DNA from: Alphaproteobacteria bacterium
GTDB taxonomy: Bacteria > Pseudomonadota > Alphaproteobacteria > SMXQ01
DNA: 64,000 nucleotides
Direction of reading: 5' to 3'
Assembly (NCBI GenBank): GCA_030831315.1
Contig: JAURLI010000011.1
Span: 2,722-66,721 of the forward strand
How positions within the stretch are numbered: the stretch's first letter is position 1; the number at the start of each line of letters is the position of its first letter. The notes beneath the pieces are model-generated. The model saw nothing but the letters and a program-made list of their open reading frames with translations, was not told the origin of the DNA and ran no database searches. Made by a program: the position numbers and the translations under genes. Below are positions 9,586 to 19,547 of this stretch, piece by piece.

Positions 9586-9602
9586 GGCGAACGATTCCTT
9601 TC

Positions 9603-11540
9603 CTAGCGATTGAGGCGATTGTCGATAAGGTCCTGAACGACGCCGGGGTCGGCCAGGGTCGAGGTGTCGCCGAGATTACCGTAGTCGTTCTCGGCGATCT
9701 TGCGCAGGATGCGGCGCATGATCTTGCCCGAACGGGTCTTGGGCAGGCCGGGCGCCCACTGGATCTTGTCGGGCGCGGCAAAGGGTCCAATGTCCTTGCG
9801 CACCCAAAGCACCAGTTCCTTGCGCAGGTCTTCGTTAGCTTCGGCGCCGGCCATCAGGGTGACATAGCAGTAGATGCCCTGTCCCTTGATGTCGTGGGGA
9901 TAGCCGACGACCGCGGCCTCTGAAACCTTCGGGTGCGCCACCAGCGCGCTTTCGATTTCGGCTGTGCCCAGGCGATGGCCCGACACGTTGATGACGTCAT
10001 CGACGCGGCCGGTGATCCAGTAATAGCCGTCTTCGTCGCGGCGGCAGCCGTCGCCGCTGAAGTACTTGCCGGGAAACTGCTTGAAGTAGGTATCGATGAA
10101 GCGCTGGTGATCGCCGAAAACCGTGCGCATCTGACCGGGCCAGGAATCAGCCATGCACAGGTTGCCGACACCGGCGCCCTCGATCAGCGTGCCGTCATGG
10201 TGCAGGAGCTCCGGTTTCACGCCGAAGAACGGTACGGTCGCCGATCCGGGCTTCAGCGCGATGGCGCCGGGAAGCGGCGTGATCATGTGGCCGCCGGTTT
10301 CCGTCTGCCACCAGGTATCGACGATCGGGCAGCGCTTGTCGCCGACGACTTCGTGATACCAGCGCCAGGCTTCGGGGTTGATCGGCTCGCCCACCGTACC
10401 CAGCACGCGGAGGGACTTGCGCGAGGTTTTCTTTACCGGCCCGTCGCCGCCCTGCATCAGGGCGCGGATGGCAGTCGGCGCGGTGTAGAAGATGCTGACA
10501 TTGTGCTTGTCGACGACCTGCCAGAAGCGCGAGGAATCCGGATAGTTCGGCACGCCCTCGAACATCAGCGACGTCGCGCCGTTGGCGAGCGGCCCATAGA
10601 CGATATAGCTGTGGCCCGTGACCCAGCCGACGTCCGCCGTGCACCAGTAGATCTCGCCCGGGTGATAATCGAAGACGTATTCGTGGGTCATCGCCGCGAA
10701 AACGAGATAGCCGCCCGTCGTGTGCAGCACGCCCTTGGGTTTGCCGGTCGAGCCCGAGGTATAGAGGATGAACAGCGGGTCTTCCGCGCTCATTTCCTCG
10801 GGCGGGCAATCGGCGGAAACCTTTGCGACTTCCTCGTGGTACCAGACGTCGCGGCCTTCGACCCAATCAATCTTGTTGCCTGTGCGCTTGACGACGATCA
10901 CCGTATCGACGCCCTTGCAGTTCTTGATGGCGGCGTCGGTATTGGCCTTGAGCGGGATGAGCTTGCCGCCGCGCACGCCTTCATCGGCGGTGATCACGCA
11001 GTTCGATTTGCAGTCGGTGATGCGGCCAGCGAGGCTGTCGGGCGAAAAGCCGCCGAACACGACCGAATGGACCGCTCCGATGCGCGCGCAGGCGAGCATC
11101 GCGTATGTCGCTTCCGTGATCATCGGCATGTAGATGGTGACGCGGTCGCCCTTCTTGATGCCGCGTGCCTTCAGCACGTTGGCGAACTTGCTGACATGCT
11201 CGTGCAGCTGGCCGTAGGTGATCTTTGCGTCCTGCTTGGGGTCGTCACCTTCCCAGATCAGCGCGACCTGATCGGCGCGGTGGGGCAGGTGACGGTCGAT
11301 GCAGTTGGCGCAGGCATTCAGGGTGCCGTCTTCGTACCACTTGATCGAGACGTTGCCGCTGAAGGTCGTGTTCTTGACCTTGGTATAGGGCTTGATCCAG
11401 GTCACGCGGCGGCCGTGTTCGCCCCAGAACTTGTCCGGGTCCTCGACCGAGGCGCGGTACATTTCCTTGTACTTCGCGTTGTCGATCAGCGCATGGGCCG
11501 CGGTTTCTTCGCTGACGGGAAAAACGGGATCGTTCAACAT
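9603..11540 (-). CDS. acs: Acetyl-CoA synthetase
   Basis: [32 protein letters not shown]. Confidence 0.97.
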   Translation of the reverse strand: MLNDPVFPVSEETAAHALIDNAKYKEMYRASVEDPDKFWGEHGRRVTWIKPYTKVKNTTFSGNVSIKWYEDGTLNACANCIDRHLPHRADQVALIWEGDDPKQDAKITYGQLHEHVSKFANVLKARGIKKGDRVTIYMPMITEATYAMLACARIGAVHSVVFGGFSPDSLAGRITDCKSNCVITADEGVRGGKLIPLKANTDAAIKNCKGVDTVIVVKRTGNKIDWVEGRDVWYHEEVAKVSADCPPEEMSAEDPLFILYTSGSTGKPKGVLHTTGGYLVFAAMTHEYVFDYHPGEIYWCTADVGWVTGHSYIVYGPLANGATSLMFEGVPNYPDSSRFWQVVDKHNVSIFYTAPTAIRALMQGGDGPVKKTSRKSLRVLGTVGEPINPEAWRWYHEVVGDKRCPIVDTWWQTETGGHMITPLPGAIALKPGSATVPFFGVKPELLHHDGTLIEGAGVGNLCMADSWPGQMRTVFGDHQRFIDTYFKQFPGKYFSGDGCRRDEDGYYWITGRVDDVINVSGHRLGTAEIESALVAHPKVSEAAVVGYPHDIKGQGIYCYVTLMAGAEANEDLRKELVLWVRKDIGPFAAPDKIQWAPGLPKTRSGKIMRRILRKIAENDYGNLGDTSTLADPGVVQDLIDNRLNR

Positions 11541-11705
11541 GCCGGTGAGCTCCCTGATGTCCTGTGGCCATTTTTGGAAATTCGTCGGGCCGGTGCCCGC
11601 GCGGCGCGTTAGGCGCCAGTGCCGTGATCATTATTGTTGGCCGTGCCGTGGTGCACAAGGGGGCGCCCGCCGTTCCGGCGAATGTCTCTGAAAGCCCCGG
11701 ATACC

Positions 11706-12080
11706 CTAGCTTTCTTCACGGGGTGCCAGACGCACGACGCCGTCAATGACGTCGATGGGCACGGCTGTCAGGGCGCAGTTCGCCGGCATCGGGCCCGACA
11801 GCACCTGGCCCGTCTCGATGCGGAACGTCGCACCATGCATGACGCAGAGGATCCGGCTCTTGTCCAGGGTCAGGAAAACATCGTCCTTCCAGTTGAGCGG
11901 CAGCAACTGGTGCGGGCAGTCGTTGATATAGGCGTAAACGCAATCGTCCTTGCGCACGGCGAAAATTTCCACTTCCTCGCCGTCGTCGAACTGCAGCGTG
12001 AAGGCCTTGGAAGGAGGATCGGACAGGTCCTCGACCCTGCACAGGATCTCGCCGGGTTTGACGATGGGGGGTTTGGACAC
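11706..12080 (-). CDS. Rieske [2Fe-2S] ferredoxin
   Basis: CPH...CVMHGA Rieske ligands; GTG start assumed. Confidence 0.85.
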   Translation of the reverse strand: MSKPPIVKPGEILCRVEDLSDPPSKAFTLQFDDGEEVEIFAVRKDDCVYAYINDCPHQLLPLNWKDDVFLTLDKSRILCVMHGATFRIETGQVLSGPMPANCALTAVPIDVIDGVVRLAPREES

Positions 12081-12244
12081 GACGGACTCCGTTTCGGCAT
12101 GTGCCGGACAGGGGGAACGGGGTGGGTTCATAGAACGCCTGCATACCCCGGGAAACGAAACCGCCTAAGGGATTAAACACCCCGGTAAACGGCATATCAC
12201 TTAAGGGCTAAGTCATTTAAAAATCAAGACAATTTTGCCCTGAA

Positions 12245-12259
12245 TTAACTTCTGGGTAA
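12245..12259 (+). promoter_or_regulatory. Possible CtrA site upstream of the chemoreceptor
   Basis: TTAA-N7-GTAA (one mismatch to TTAA-N7-TTAA) in AT-rich intergenic DNA. Confidence 0.4.
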
Positions 12260-12316
12260 GCACCGAAAGGGTATCGGAATTGCAACAACCGAGTGCGTCT
12301 TTTCTGGGGGTTTGTC

Positions 12317-14908
12317 GTGGGAAAACTGCTGTCGAAATTCCGTATCTCTTACCAGATCGGCCTGATCGGGGCCTTTGCCGTTCTGGGCTTCGCTGCCGTT
12401 GGCGGCGTTTACGCTTTCAAGACCCTTGAGCAGTCGCGACTGCAGACGCAGGCGCAGAAGGCCAACCAGCTTTCGATCCTCGCTGGTGCGATCAGCAAGG
12501 GCGTGCAGGAAGCGCGCGGTCACGAACAGAACTTCTTCATCATGGGCGAGGAAGTCTACGTCGTTTACCACCAGAAGGCGGTCGAGGGTGCGACCAAGGC
12601 GCTCGAAAAATTCTCCAAGGCGATAGAAAGCAAGGAACGCAAGCAGAAGGCCGAAGCTATCGGCGCCGATATTCAGGATTACGCTGCCGATTTCGCCAAG
12701 ATCGTCGCGCTGAAGAAACAGTCGGGCATCGGCTGGGAAGAAGGCTTGCTGACCAAGGTGCGCCGCGAAGGTGATGCGCTTGACCAGCTTGGCTTGCAGT
12801 CGAAGGACCCCGGCGTGCTCGCCGGCGTCATCACAATGCGCCGCACCGAACGCAGCTTTCTGACTGAATTCACCCCGCGATTCGTCTTCGCCATGAAGAA
12901 CGAAGCGCGACTCACCGTCGAAGCCGTCGACAAGGCGAAAATTCCCGCCGCGATGAAGGACGAGATCAAGGCGAAGGTCGAGGAATACCACAAGGTCTTC
13001 GAAAAGATGGGCGAGGTCGAACTGGCACTCCGCGAACAGCGCGCCCAGCTCGAAGACTATTACAACAAGATCCTTCCCCCGCTCGCCGAAATGCTGAAGC
13101 AGTTTCACGCCGCCGCCGCTGCCGCCGATGTCAAGGCGCAGGCGAGCCGGGCCGAGGCCGGCACCATCATCGCCGGCGCCATCGGCATCGTGATGCTGGT
13201 AACCCTGATCGCGGCGTTCTTTGTGTCAGGTGGCATTGCCGGCCCGGTCAGGACCTTGACCGACATCCTGACCCGCCTGGGCCAGGGCGATACGTCAGTT
13301 CGCGTGCCGCGCGATGAGCGCCGCGATGAAATCGGCGCCATGCATGATGCCGCGCGCGCGCTTCGCACTGCTGTCGGCGATGCCTTCCGCCTGCGCCAGA
13401 TGGTGCAGGACATGCCGACGCCGGTCATGACCGTGCGCACCGACGGGCTTGTCATCGATTACATGAATGAAGCTTCCAAATCGGCATTCGCACGGCTCGC
13501 CTCGGAACTCCCGCTTGCCGTCGAAAGCGTGGACGGCTCGGAAATACACTTCTTCCTCGATGACGCCGAAGGGCGTGCCGAACAGCTGCTCGATGCCGAA
13601 TCCATGCCGTTCACCTATTTCAAGGCCTTCGGCGCGGAAACGGTACGCGTTGAGGTTTCCGCGATTCGCGATCGCGACGGCGGTTTCATCGGACCAATGT
13701 TCGCATGGTCGGTGGTAACCGAACAGCTGCGGGCCGAACACGATGCGCAACGCCTCGTCAACATGGTCGAGGAAATGCCGACTGCGGTCATCACCCTCGA
13801 TCCGCGCGATCTCACCATCAACTATCGAAATGCCGCCTGCCGCAGGGCGTTCGAACGCCTTGCCGGGCTGCTGCCGGAAAGTGCTGGCGATATCGACAAT
13901 GCCGCCATCGGCTTCTTCCTCGATGATGCCGAGACACGCGGAACGATGTTGAAGGATCCGGCGCAGATGCCGTTCACCTATCGCAAGTCATTCGGCGACG
14001 AAACGATCCGCGTCGAAGTCTCGGCGATCCGCGACCGCGATGGCAATTTCATCGGGCCGATGCTGGCCTGGACCATCGTGACGGACCAGCTGCGCATCGC
14101 GCGTTCCGTGCGCGAAGTGGCGGAACTGGTCGCAAGCTCCGCCTCCACGATGGAGCAGAGCGCCAACACGATGTCCTCGGCGGCGGAAGAAACCGATGCC
14201 CAGTCGAAGGTCGTCGCCACCGCTTCCCAGCGCTCGTCGGAAAACGTCCAGACGGTCGCTTCCGCGACCGAAGAACTGTCGGCTTCCATTTCCGAAATCG
14301 GTCAGCAGGTGACGCGCTCGACGGAAGTAGCCGGTGGCGCCGTGAAGGTAGCCTCCGACGCGAACGAAACCATCGAAGGCCTCGTGCGCATGGCCGACCG
14401 CATCGGCGATGTGGTCCAGCTGATTACTGAAATTGCCGATCAGACCAACCTGCTGGCGCTCAACGCCACCATCGAAGCGGCGCGTGCCGGTGACGCCGGG
14501 CGCGGCTTCGCGGTCGTCGCCTCGGAAGTCAAAAGCCTCGCCCAGCAGACGGCGCAGGCGACCGAGCAGATCACCGGCCAGATCAAGGAAATTCAGGGCG
14601 CCACGGGATCGGCCGTTTCCGCGATCAAGGGCGTGACGGCGACCATCGGTGATATCCGCGACATCGCTTCGGCAATCGCCGCGGCGGTCGAGGAGCAGTC
14701 GGCGACGACCAGCGAAATCGCCCGCAACGTGCAGGAAGCGGCCTCGAGTTCGGAACAGGTGACCGGAAATATCCAGAGCGTCGTCACGGCTGCCGCCGAA
14801 ACCGGCACCTCGGCGACGACGGTGCTGGGTGCCGCGCAGGAACTATCGCGCCATGCGGCGCGACTCAAGCGCGACATCGACAGTTTCATCGGCAGCGACG
14901 CGGCCTGA
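12317..14908 (+). CDS. Methyl-accepting chemotaxis protein (TM-periplasmic domain-TM-HAMP-PAS-PAS-MA)
   Basis: [34 protein letters not shown]; [12 protein letters not shown]; two internal PAS repeats; GTG start assumed. Confidence 0.95.
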   Translation: MGKLLSKFRISYQIGLIGAFAVLGFAAVGGVYAFKTLEQSRLQTQAQKANQLSILAGAISKGVQEARGHEQNFFIMGEEVYVVYHQKAVEGATKALEKFSKAIESKERKQKAEAIGADIQDYAADFAKIVALKKQSGIGWEEGLLTKVRREGDALDQLGLQSKDPGVLAGVITMRRTERSFLTEFTPRFVFAMKNEARLTVEAVDKAKIPAAMKDEIKAKVEEYHKVFEKMGEVELALREQRAQLEDYYNKILPPLAEMLKQFHAAAAAADVKAQASRAEAGTIIAGAIGIVMLVTLIAAFFVSGGIAGPVRTLTDILTRLGQGDTSVRVPRDERRDEIGAMHDAARALRTAVGDAFRLRQMVQDMPTPVMTVRTDGLVIDYMNEASKSAFARLASELPLAVESVDGSEIHFFLDDAEGRAEQLLDAESMPFTYFKAFGAETVRVEVSAIRDRDGGFIGPMFAWSVVTEQLRAEHDAQRLVNMVEEMPTAVITLDPRDLTINYRNAACRRAFERLAGLLPESAGDIDNAAIGFFLDDAETRGTMLKDPAQMPFTYRKSFGDETIRVEVSAIRDRDGNFIGPMLAWTIVTDQLRIARSVREVAELVASSASTMEQSANTMSSAAEETDAQSKVVATASQRSSENVQTVASATEELSASISEIGQQVTRSTEVAGGAVKVASDANETIEGLVRMADRIGDVVQLITEIADQTNLLALNATIEAARAGDAGRGFAVVASEVKSLAQQTAQATEQITGQIKEIQGATGSAVSAIKGVTATIGDIRDIASAIAAAVEEQSATTSEIARNVQEAASSSEQVTGNIQSVVTAAAETGTSATTVLGAAQELSRHAARLKRDIDSFIGSDAA
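13400..14096 (+). repeat. Tandem intragenic duplication of a PAS domain, period 363 nt (121 aa)
   Basis: FFLDDAE at 13550 and 13913; shared MPFTY and [18 protein letters not shown]. Confidence 0.9.
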
Positions 14909-14953
14909 ACCGGCCGGCAGCTGCGATGTATCAAAGGGGGATGTGCCGCGTGG

Positions 14954-15367
14954 TCAGGCTTTAACGCCGGCCATGCGGCACAGAATTTTCCACTCCGCCG
15001 CCGACACCGGCACCACCGAAAGCCGCGACTGGCGTACCAGCGCGAGTTGGGACAGCGCCGGTTCCGCCTTGATCGCGGCGAGCGTGACCGGTGTTTTCAC
15101 AGGCTCAACGGCCTTCACATCGACCATTCCGAAGCGCCCCGTCGCGTCGCTGTCGTCGGGGTAGTGTTCTTTCACCACCTCGACCACGCCGACGATCTGC
15201 TTTTCATCGACCGAGTGATAGAAGAAGCCGCGATCGCCCTTCTTCATCGCCTTCATGTTGTTGTTGGCCTGGTAATTGCGCACGCCATTCCAGTGGGTGC
15301 GCTTGTCCTTCAGCAACCGGTCGAAGGAATAGGCGCCGGGTTCGGACTTGAACAGCCAGTAAGCCAT
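14954..15367 (-). CDS. EVE domain protein
   Basis: YWLFKSEP, WNGVRNYQA, FFYHS, SRLSVVPV. Confidence 0.95.
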   Translation of the reverse strand: MAYWLFKSEPGAYSFDRLLKDKRTHWNGVRNYQANNNMKAMKKGDRGFFYHSVDEKQIVGVVEVVKEHYPDDSDATGRFGMVDVKAVEPVKTPVTLAAIKAEPALSQLALVRQSRLSVVPVSAAEWKILCRMAGVKA

Positions 15368-15382
15368 GTGCCGTTTCCTGTT

Positions 15383-15667
15383 CTACTTTTCCGGGAACAC
15401 GAGGCGCCACGGCCATACCGTGCAGGAGGAGAACAGCCCTGCCTTGGCGTAAGGGTCCTCGGCGGCGAAACGCTTGGCCGCGGCAAGGTCTTCGGCCTCG
15501 ACGATCAGCAGGCTGCCGATGGGCGTCTGGCCGTCGTCGGCCAGGATCGGTCCCGCCGTCATCAGTTTCGAGCCCGCGGCGCGCAGGTAATCAAGATGGG
15601 TCGGGCGTACCTTCATGCGCAGATCGACACTGTTCGGCTTGTCGTGATTGAGAATGGCGAATTGCAT
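15383..15667 (-). CDS. YciI family protein
   Basis: RPTHLDYL, AGP, GSLLI, DPY. Confidence 0.9.
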   Translation of the reverse strand: MQFAILNHDKPNSVDLRMKVRPTHLDYLRAAGSKLMTAGPILADDGQTPIGSLLIVEAEDLAAAKRFAAEDPYAKAGLFSSCTVWPWRLVFPEK

Positions 15668-15687
15668 CGAAAACCCTCCGTTGAAGC

Positions 15688-16698
15688 CTAACCGGCAATG
15701 CCTTCCCGCCGGAACGGGCGGGCAAGCAGTTCATTCATGATGCGGGTAAGATCGGCGTCCTCGTTGACGATGCTGTCGACGCCGGAAACGATCGGCATTT
15801 CGACGCCGAGCCTTGCCGCAAGCCGCGTCACGGCGCCCGCGGTATAAGCGCCTTCCGCCACCGTGCGGCGGGCGGCCAGAATTTCCGATGCGCGCTTTCC
15901 CCGCCCGATCTCGAGGCCAAGGGTGTAATTGCGCGATGATTCGGAAGTACAGGTCAGCACCAGGTCGCCGAGGCCGGCTAGCCCCATCATGGTCTCGATA
16001 GCACCACCCTTGGCGATGCTGAGGCGCGTCATTTCCTGCAAGCCGCGCGTCATCAGCGCTGCGCGCGCGTTCTGGCCGAGATCCATTCCCGCGACCATGC
16101 CGCAGGCTATCGCCATGACGTTCTTCACCGCGCCGCCGATCTGCACGCCGATCACGTCAGGCGAGGTATAGGGGCGAAAACGCGGCGCGCCGATGGCTTC
16201 GGCCAGCTTGTCGGCAAGTCCGGGTTCGGTCGCAGCCAAGGTGACCGCCGTCGGCTTTCCCGCGGCGATTTCATGGGCGAATGTCGGCCCCGACAGTACC
16301 GCCGCGCGTGCCGCAGGCATCGCTTCGGCCAGAACTTCGGTCATCAATTGGCCGGTCTTTTCCTCGATCCCCTTGGCGCAGATAACGACGGGCAGGCCAT
16401 CACGGGCGTGTGGCGCGAGACTTGCGGCGACGGCGCGCAGATGCTGCGCCGGACAGACCAGCAGCAGGGCATCCATCGAACCGATGGCGGCGATGTCGCC
16501 GGTCGCCTTGACCCCTGCGTCGAGCGCGATGCCCGGCAGGAACAGCGTGTTCTCGTGGCGGTCGTTGACGGCAGTGACGACCTCGGCCTCGCGCGCCCAG
16601 ATAAGTGTCTCGTGGCCCTGCGCGGCGACGGCCTGGGCCAGCGCCGTGCCCCAGGCGCCGGCACCGACCACGCCGATGCGGCGAAAGTTCTCAGCCAC
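15688..16698 (-). CDS. gpsA: NAD(P)H-dependent glycerol-3-phosphate dehydrogenase
   Basis: GAGAWGTALA, CAKGIE, LSGPTFA, GGAVKNV, GLGDLVLTC, SRN. Confidence 0.95.
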   Translation of the reverse strand: MAENFRRIGVVGAGAWGTALAQAVAAQGHETLIWAREAEVVTAVNDRHENTLFLPGIALDAGVKATGDIAAIGSMDALLLVCPAQHLRAVAASLAPHARDGLPVVICAKGIEEKTGQLMTEVLAEAMPAARAAVLSGPTFAHEIAAGKPTAVTLAATEPGLADKLAEAIGAPRFRPYTSPDVIGVQIGGAVKNVMAIACGMVAGMDLGQNARAALMTRGLQEMTRLSIAKGGAIETMMGLAGLGDLVLTCTSESSRNYTLGLEIGRGKRASEILAARRTVAEGAYTAGAVTRLAARLGVEMPIVSGVDSIVNEDADLTRIMNELLARPFRREGIAG

Positions 16699-17365
16699 CC
16701 GTACCCCCCGCCGGAAGGGCGAAGTTGAAGGCGATGGAAATGCGCAGGTCCTTGCCCTGGTAGGGCCGCACGCCATGCATCAGCCAGGCGGGGAACAGGA
16801 ACAGACGGCCGGTGGTCGGGGGGATCAGCTCGGTGCCGCCCATGGTCAGGCATCCCGAAAGTGCGGGTGCGAGTTCGGGCGCGTACATGGCGGGCGCCAG
16901 GCCGCGCGGATCCATGACCTCGAATTCGCCGCCAAGCGCCGGATTCTCGCCGCAGCCACCGTCATCGACGTAATAGCAGCCCGACCAGATGGCGCCCGGA
17001 TGTGCGTGCATCTGGTTGGCGTGGCCGGACCGGTTGACGTTAGCCCAGGCGTTGACGAACCAGTCGACGGCGACGCGCTGCCCGGCGCGGTTGGCGGTCA
17101 GCTGGTCGGCCATGCCGCGGGCGAAGTCGATGAGCTTCGCGCCCGCTTCGCCGCCCCAGGCGCTGAAGTCGTCGCGCGACTGCCAGCCCATCAGGTTCGA
17201 ATGCACGACCCCGTCGCTCGCCTTTTCCTTTTCAAGGATGGCGGATTTCAGCTGTGCGTTGTCATCCGCCGTCATGGGCGCGCGTGCGCTCACGAACGGT
17301 GTCGGGAAGAGGCTACGCACCTCGATGTCTTTTTCCGGATTACGGCCGGCAGTTGTCATGTTCAT
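16691..17365 (-). CDS. Putative 2OG-Fe(II) oxygenase (TIGR02466-like)
   Basis: LFPTP, GWQS, AWANVN, HAHPG.WSG.YYV, DPR, FPAWLMHGV, RISIAFN; alternative start 17404. Confidence 0.85.
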   Translation of the reverse strand: MNMTTAGRNPEKDIEVRSLFPTPFVSARAPMTADDNAQLKSAILEKEKASDGVVHSNLMGWQSRDDFSAWGGEAGAKLIDFARGMADQLTANRAGQRVAVDWFVNAWANVNRSGHANQMHAHPGAIWSGCYYVDDGGCGENPALGGEFEVMDPRGLAPAMYAPELAPALSGCLTMGGTELIPPTTGRLFLFPAWLMHGVRPYQGKDLRISIAFNFALPAGGTGG

Positions 17366-17435
17366 GTCCCTTTGACTGGGGTCATTGTTCCCTTGTGCGT
17401 CCACCGGCGCAAGCGTGGCGACGGCGGCGCGTTCA

Positions 17436-18467
17436 TCATGTTGCCCGCACTTCGCCCAGCGGCCAGCGCGGCCGTGCCTTGAAATCGAGCGCGTCGGTCA
17501 GTCCCAGCTTCATGCGCTCCAGCCCCGCCCATGCGACCATCGCCGCATTGTCGGAACAGAGTGCCGGCGGCGGGGCGACAAGATCAAACCCGTGTTCCCC
17601 GGCAAGGGCGGCAAGCTCGTTGCGGATTGCCCCGTTCGCGGCGACGCCGCCGGCAACGACCAGGGTGCGCGCCCGCGGGAAGGCGGAAGCAAAGGTTTCG
17701 AGCGCGTTGCGCGTGCGCCGCGACAGTGCTTCGGCGGCCGTCGCCTGGAAAGCGGCTGCGACATCGGCGACGTCTTGTTCCGACGGTGCCGGGCCCAGCC
17801 CTTCGACGGTTTGCGCTACCGCCGTCTTGAGACCGGAAAAGGAGAAATCGCAGCCGGGCTTGCCCAGGAGGGGGCGGGGCAGGGCAAAGCGCGATGCATC
17901 GCCAGCTTTCGCGGCGCGTTCCACCGCCGGTCCGCCCGGATAGGGCAGGCCCAGAAGCTTCGCCGTCTTGTCGAAGGCCTCGCCCACCGCGTCGTCGATG
18001 GTGGTGCCCATGACGCGGTAGCGCCCGACGCCCTCGACCGCGACCAGCTGGCTGTGCCCGCCGGTCACCAGCAACAGGAGGTAGGGGAAGGCGACATCAT
18101 GGGTCAGGCGGCAGGTCAGCGCGTGGGCTTCCAGGTGATTGACGTTGATCAGCGGCTTGCCCAGCACCTGTGCCAGCGTCTTGGCGGTGACCGCGCCGAC
18201 GATGACGCCGCCGATCAGGCCCGGACCGCCGGTTACGGCGATGGCGTCCATGTCGGAAAGCTTTGCGCCTGCCTCGGCGAGCGCCTCGCGCACCAGCCGG
18301 TCGACATGGTCGAGATGGCTGCGCGCCGCGATTTCGGGCACCACGCCGCCATAGGGCGCGTGCTCGGCGAGCTGGCTCAGCACCTTGTTCGCGCGAATCT
18401 CGCGCGCGTCGGTGACGATGGCCGCTGCCGTCTCGTCGCAGCTCGTTTCAATGCCGAGAACGATCAT
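17436..18467 (-). CDS. tsaD: tRNA N6-threonylcarbamoyltransferase TsaD
   Basis: [42 protein letters not shown]. Confidence 0.97.
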   Translation of the reverse strand: MIVLGIETSCDETAAAIVTDAREIRANKVLSQLAEHAPYGGVVPEIAARSHLDHVDRLVREALAEAGAKLSDMDAIAVTGGPGLIGGVIVGAVTAKTLAQVLGKPLINVNHLEAHALTCRLTHDVAFPYLLLLVTGGHSQLVAVEGVGRYRVMGTTIDDAVGEAFDKTAKLLGLPYPGGPAVERAAKAGDASRFALPRPLLGKPGCDFSFSGLKTAVAQTVEGLGPAPSEQDVADVAAAFQATAAEALSRRTRNALETFASAFPRARTLVVAGGVAANGAIRNELAALAGEHGFDLVAPPPALCSDNAAMVAWAGLERMKLGLTDALDFKARPRWPLGEVRAT

Positions 18468-18572
18468 CCTGTCCCGTCGGTCCTTGATGAATGCGCCCCT
18501 TCATAGCGGCTTGGCCGCGCGGGCGCCAGCGCCCCCTTGCGCCCCGCCCGGAGCCCGCGTACCAATGACGCC

Positions 18573-19547
18573 ATGACGACTTCCGGCCCCGATTCCCGCG
18601 CCCGTGCGGGCGCCCTGATTATCGGCACCCGCGGCAGCCCGCTCGCCCTCGCCCAGGCCAATATGGTGCGCGATGCCTTGATGGCGGCCCATCCCGGGCT
18701 CGAGGTGTCGCTTTCGGTGATCCGCACCTCGGGCGATGCCTTCCTCGACCGGCCGCTCGCCCAGATCGGCGGCAAGGGACTTTTCACCAAGGAGATCGAG
18801 GACGCGCTTCTTTCCGGCGCCGCCGACATCGCCGTCCACTCGATGAAGGACGTGCCCACGGTTCTGCCCGACGGGCTCGTCATTCCCTGCATGCTGGAGC
18901 GCGAGGACGTGCGCGATGTGCTGATCGTTCGCGATGATGCGGTGAAGGGGATCATTGATCTGCCCGCGGGCGCGCGGCTTGGCACCGCGTCGCTGCGCCG
19001 CGGCGCACAGGCGCTCTCGCGCAATCCGGGTCTGAAGATCGTGACGCTGCGCGGCAATGTCGGCACGCGCATGGACAAGATCGCCGCGGGCGAGGCGGAT
19101 GCCACGTTCCTGGCGCTGGCTGGTTTGAAGCGCCTCGGCCTTGCGGGCCGCGCGCGCATCAAACTCGATACCTCGGAAATGCTGCCCGCCGTTGCCCAGG
19201 GCGCCATCGGTATCGAATGCCGCGCTGGTGACGGGCGCGTGCACGAACTGATCGCGTCTCTCGACCATGTGCCGACACGCATCTGCGTCGATGCCGAACG
19301 GGCATTGCTCGCTTCGCTCGATGGTTCGTGCCGTACGCCGATCGCGGCCCATGCGACCCTTGCAGGGGCGAAACTTTCCCTTGCGGCGATGATCGTTCTG
19401 CCCGATGGCAGCCGCCGTTTTGATACAAGCCTGACAGGCGCCGTGACGGAAGGCCCCGCTATCGGCCGCGAGGCTGGTCGGCAGTTGCGCGAGCGCGCGG
19501 GGGCGGATTTCTTTGCCGCTCTTGCCGCGATGTCGGGGCAGGGGTAG
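18573..19547 (+). CDS. hemC: Hydroxymethylbilane synthase
   Basis: IGTRGSPLALAQ, GGKGLFTKE, AVHSMKD, LRGNV, LDGSC. Confidence 0.97.
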   Translation: MTTSGPDSRARAGALIIGTRGSPLALAQANMVRDALMAAHPGLEVSLSVIRTSGDAFLDRPLAQIGGKGLFTKEIEDALLSGAADIAVHSMKDVPTVLPDGLVIPCMLEREDVRDVLIVRDDAVKGIIDLPAGARLGTASLRRGAQALSRNPGLKIVTLRGNVGTRMDKIAAGEADATFLALAGLKRLGLAGRARIKLDTSEMLPAVAQGAIGIECRAGDGRVHELIASLDHVPTRICVDAERALLASLDGSCRTPIAAHATLAGAKLSLAAMIVLPDGSRRFDTSLTGAVTEGPAIGREAGRQLRERAGADFFAALAAMSGQG

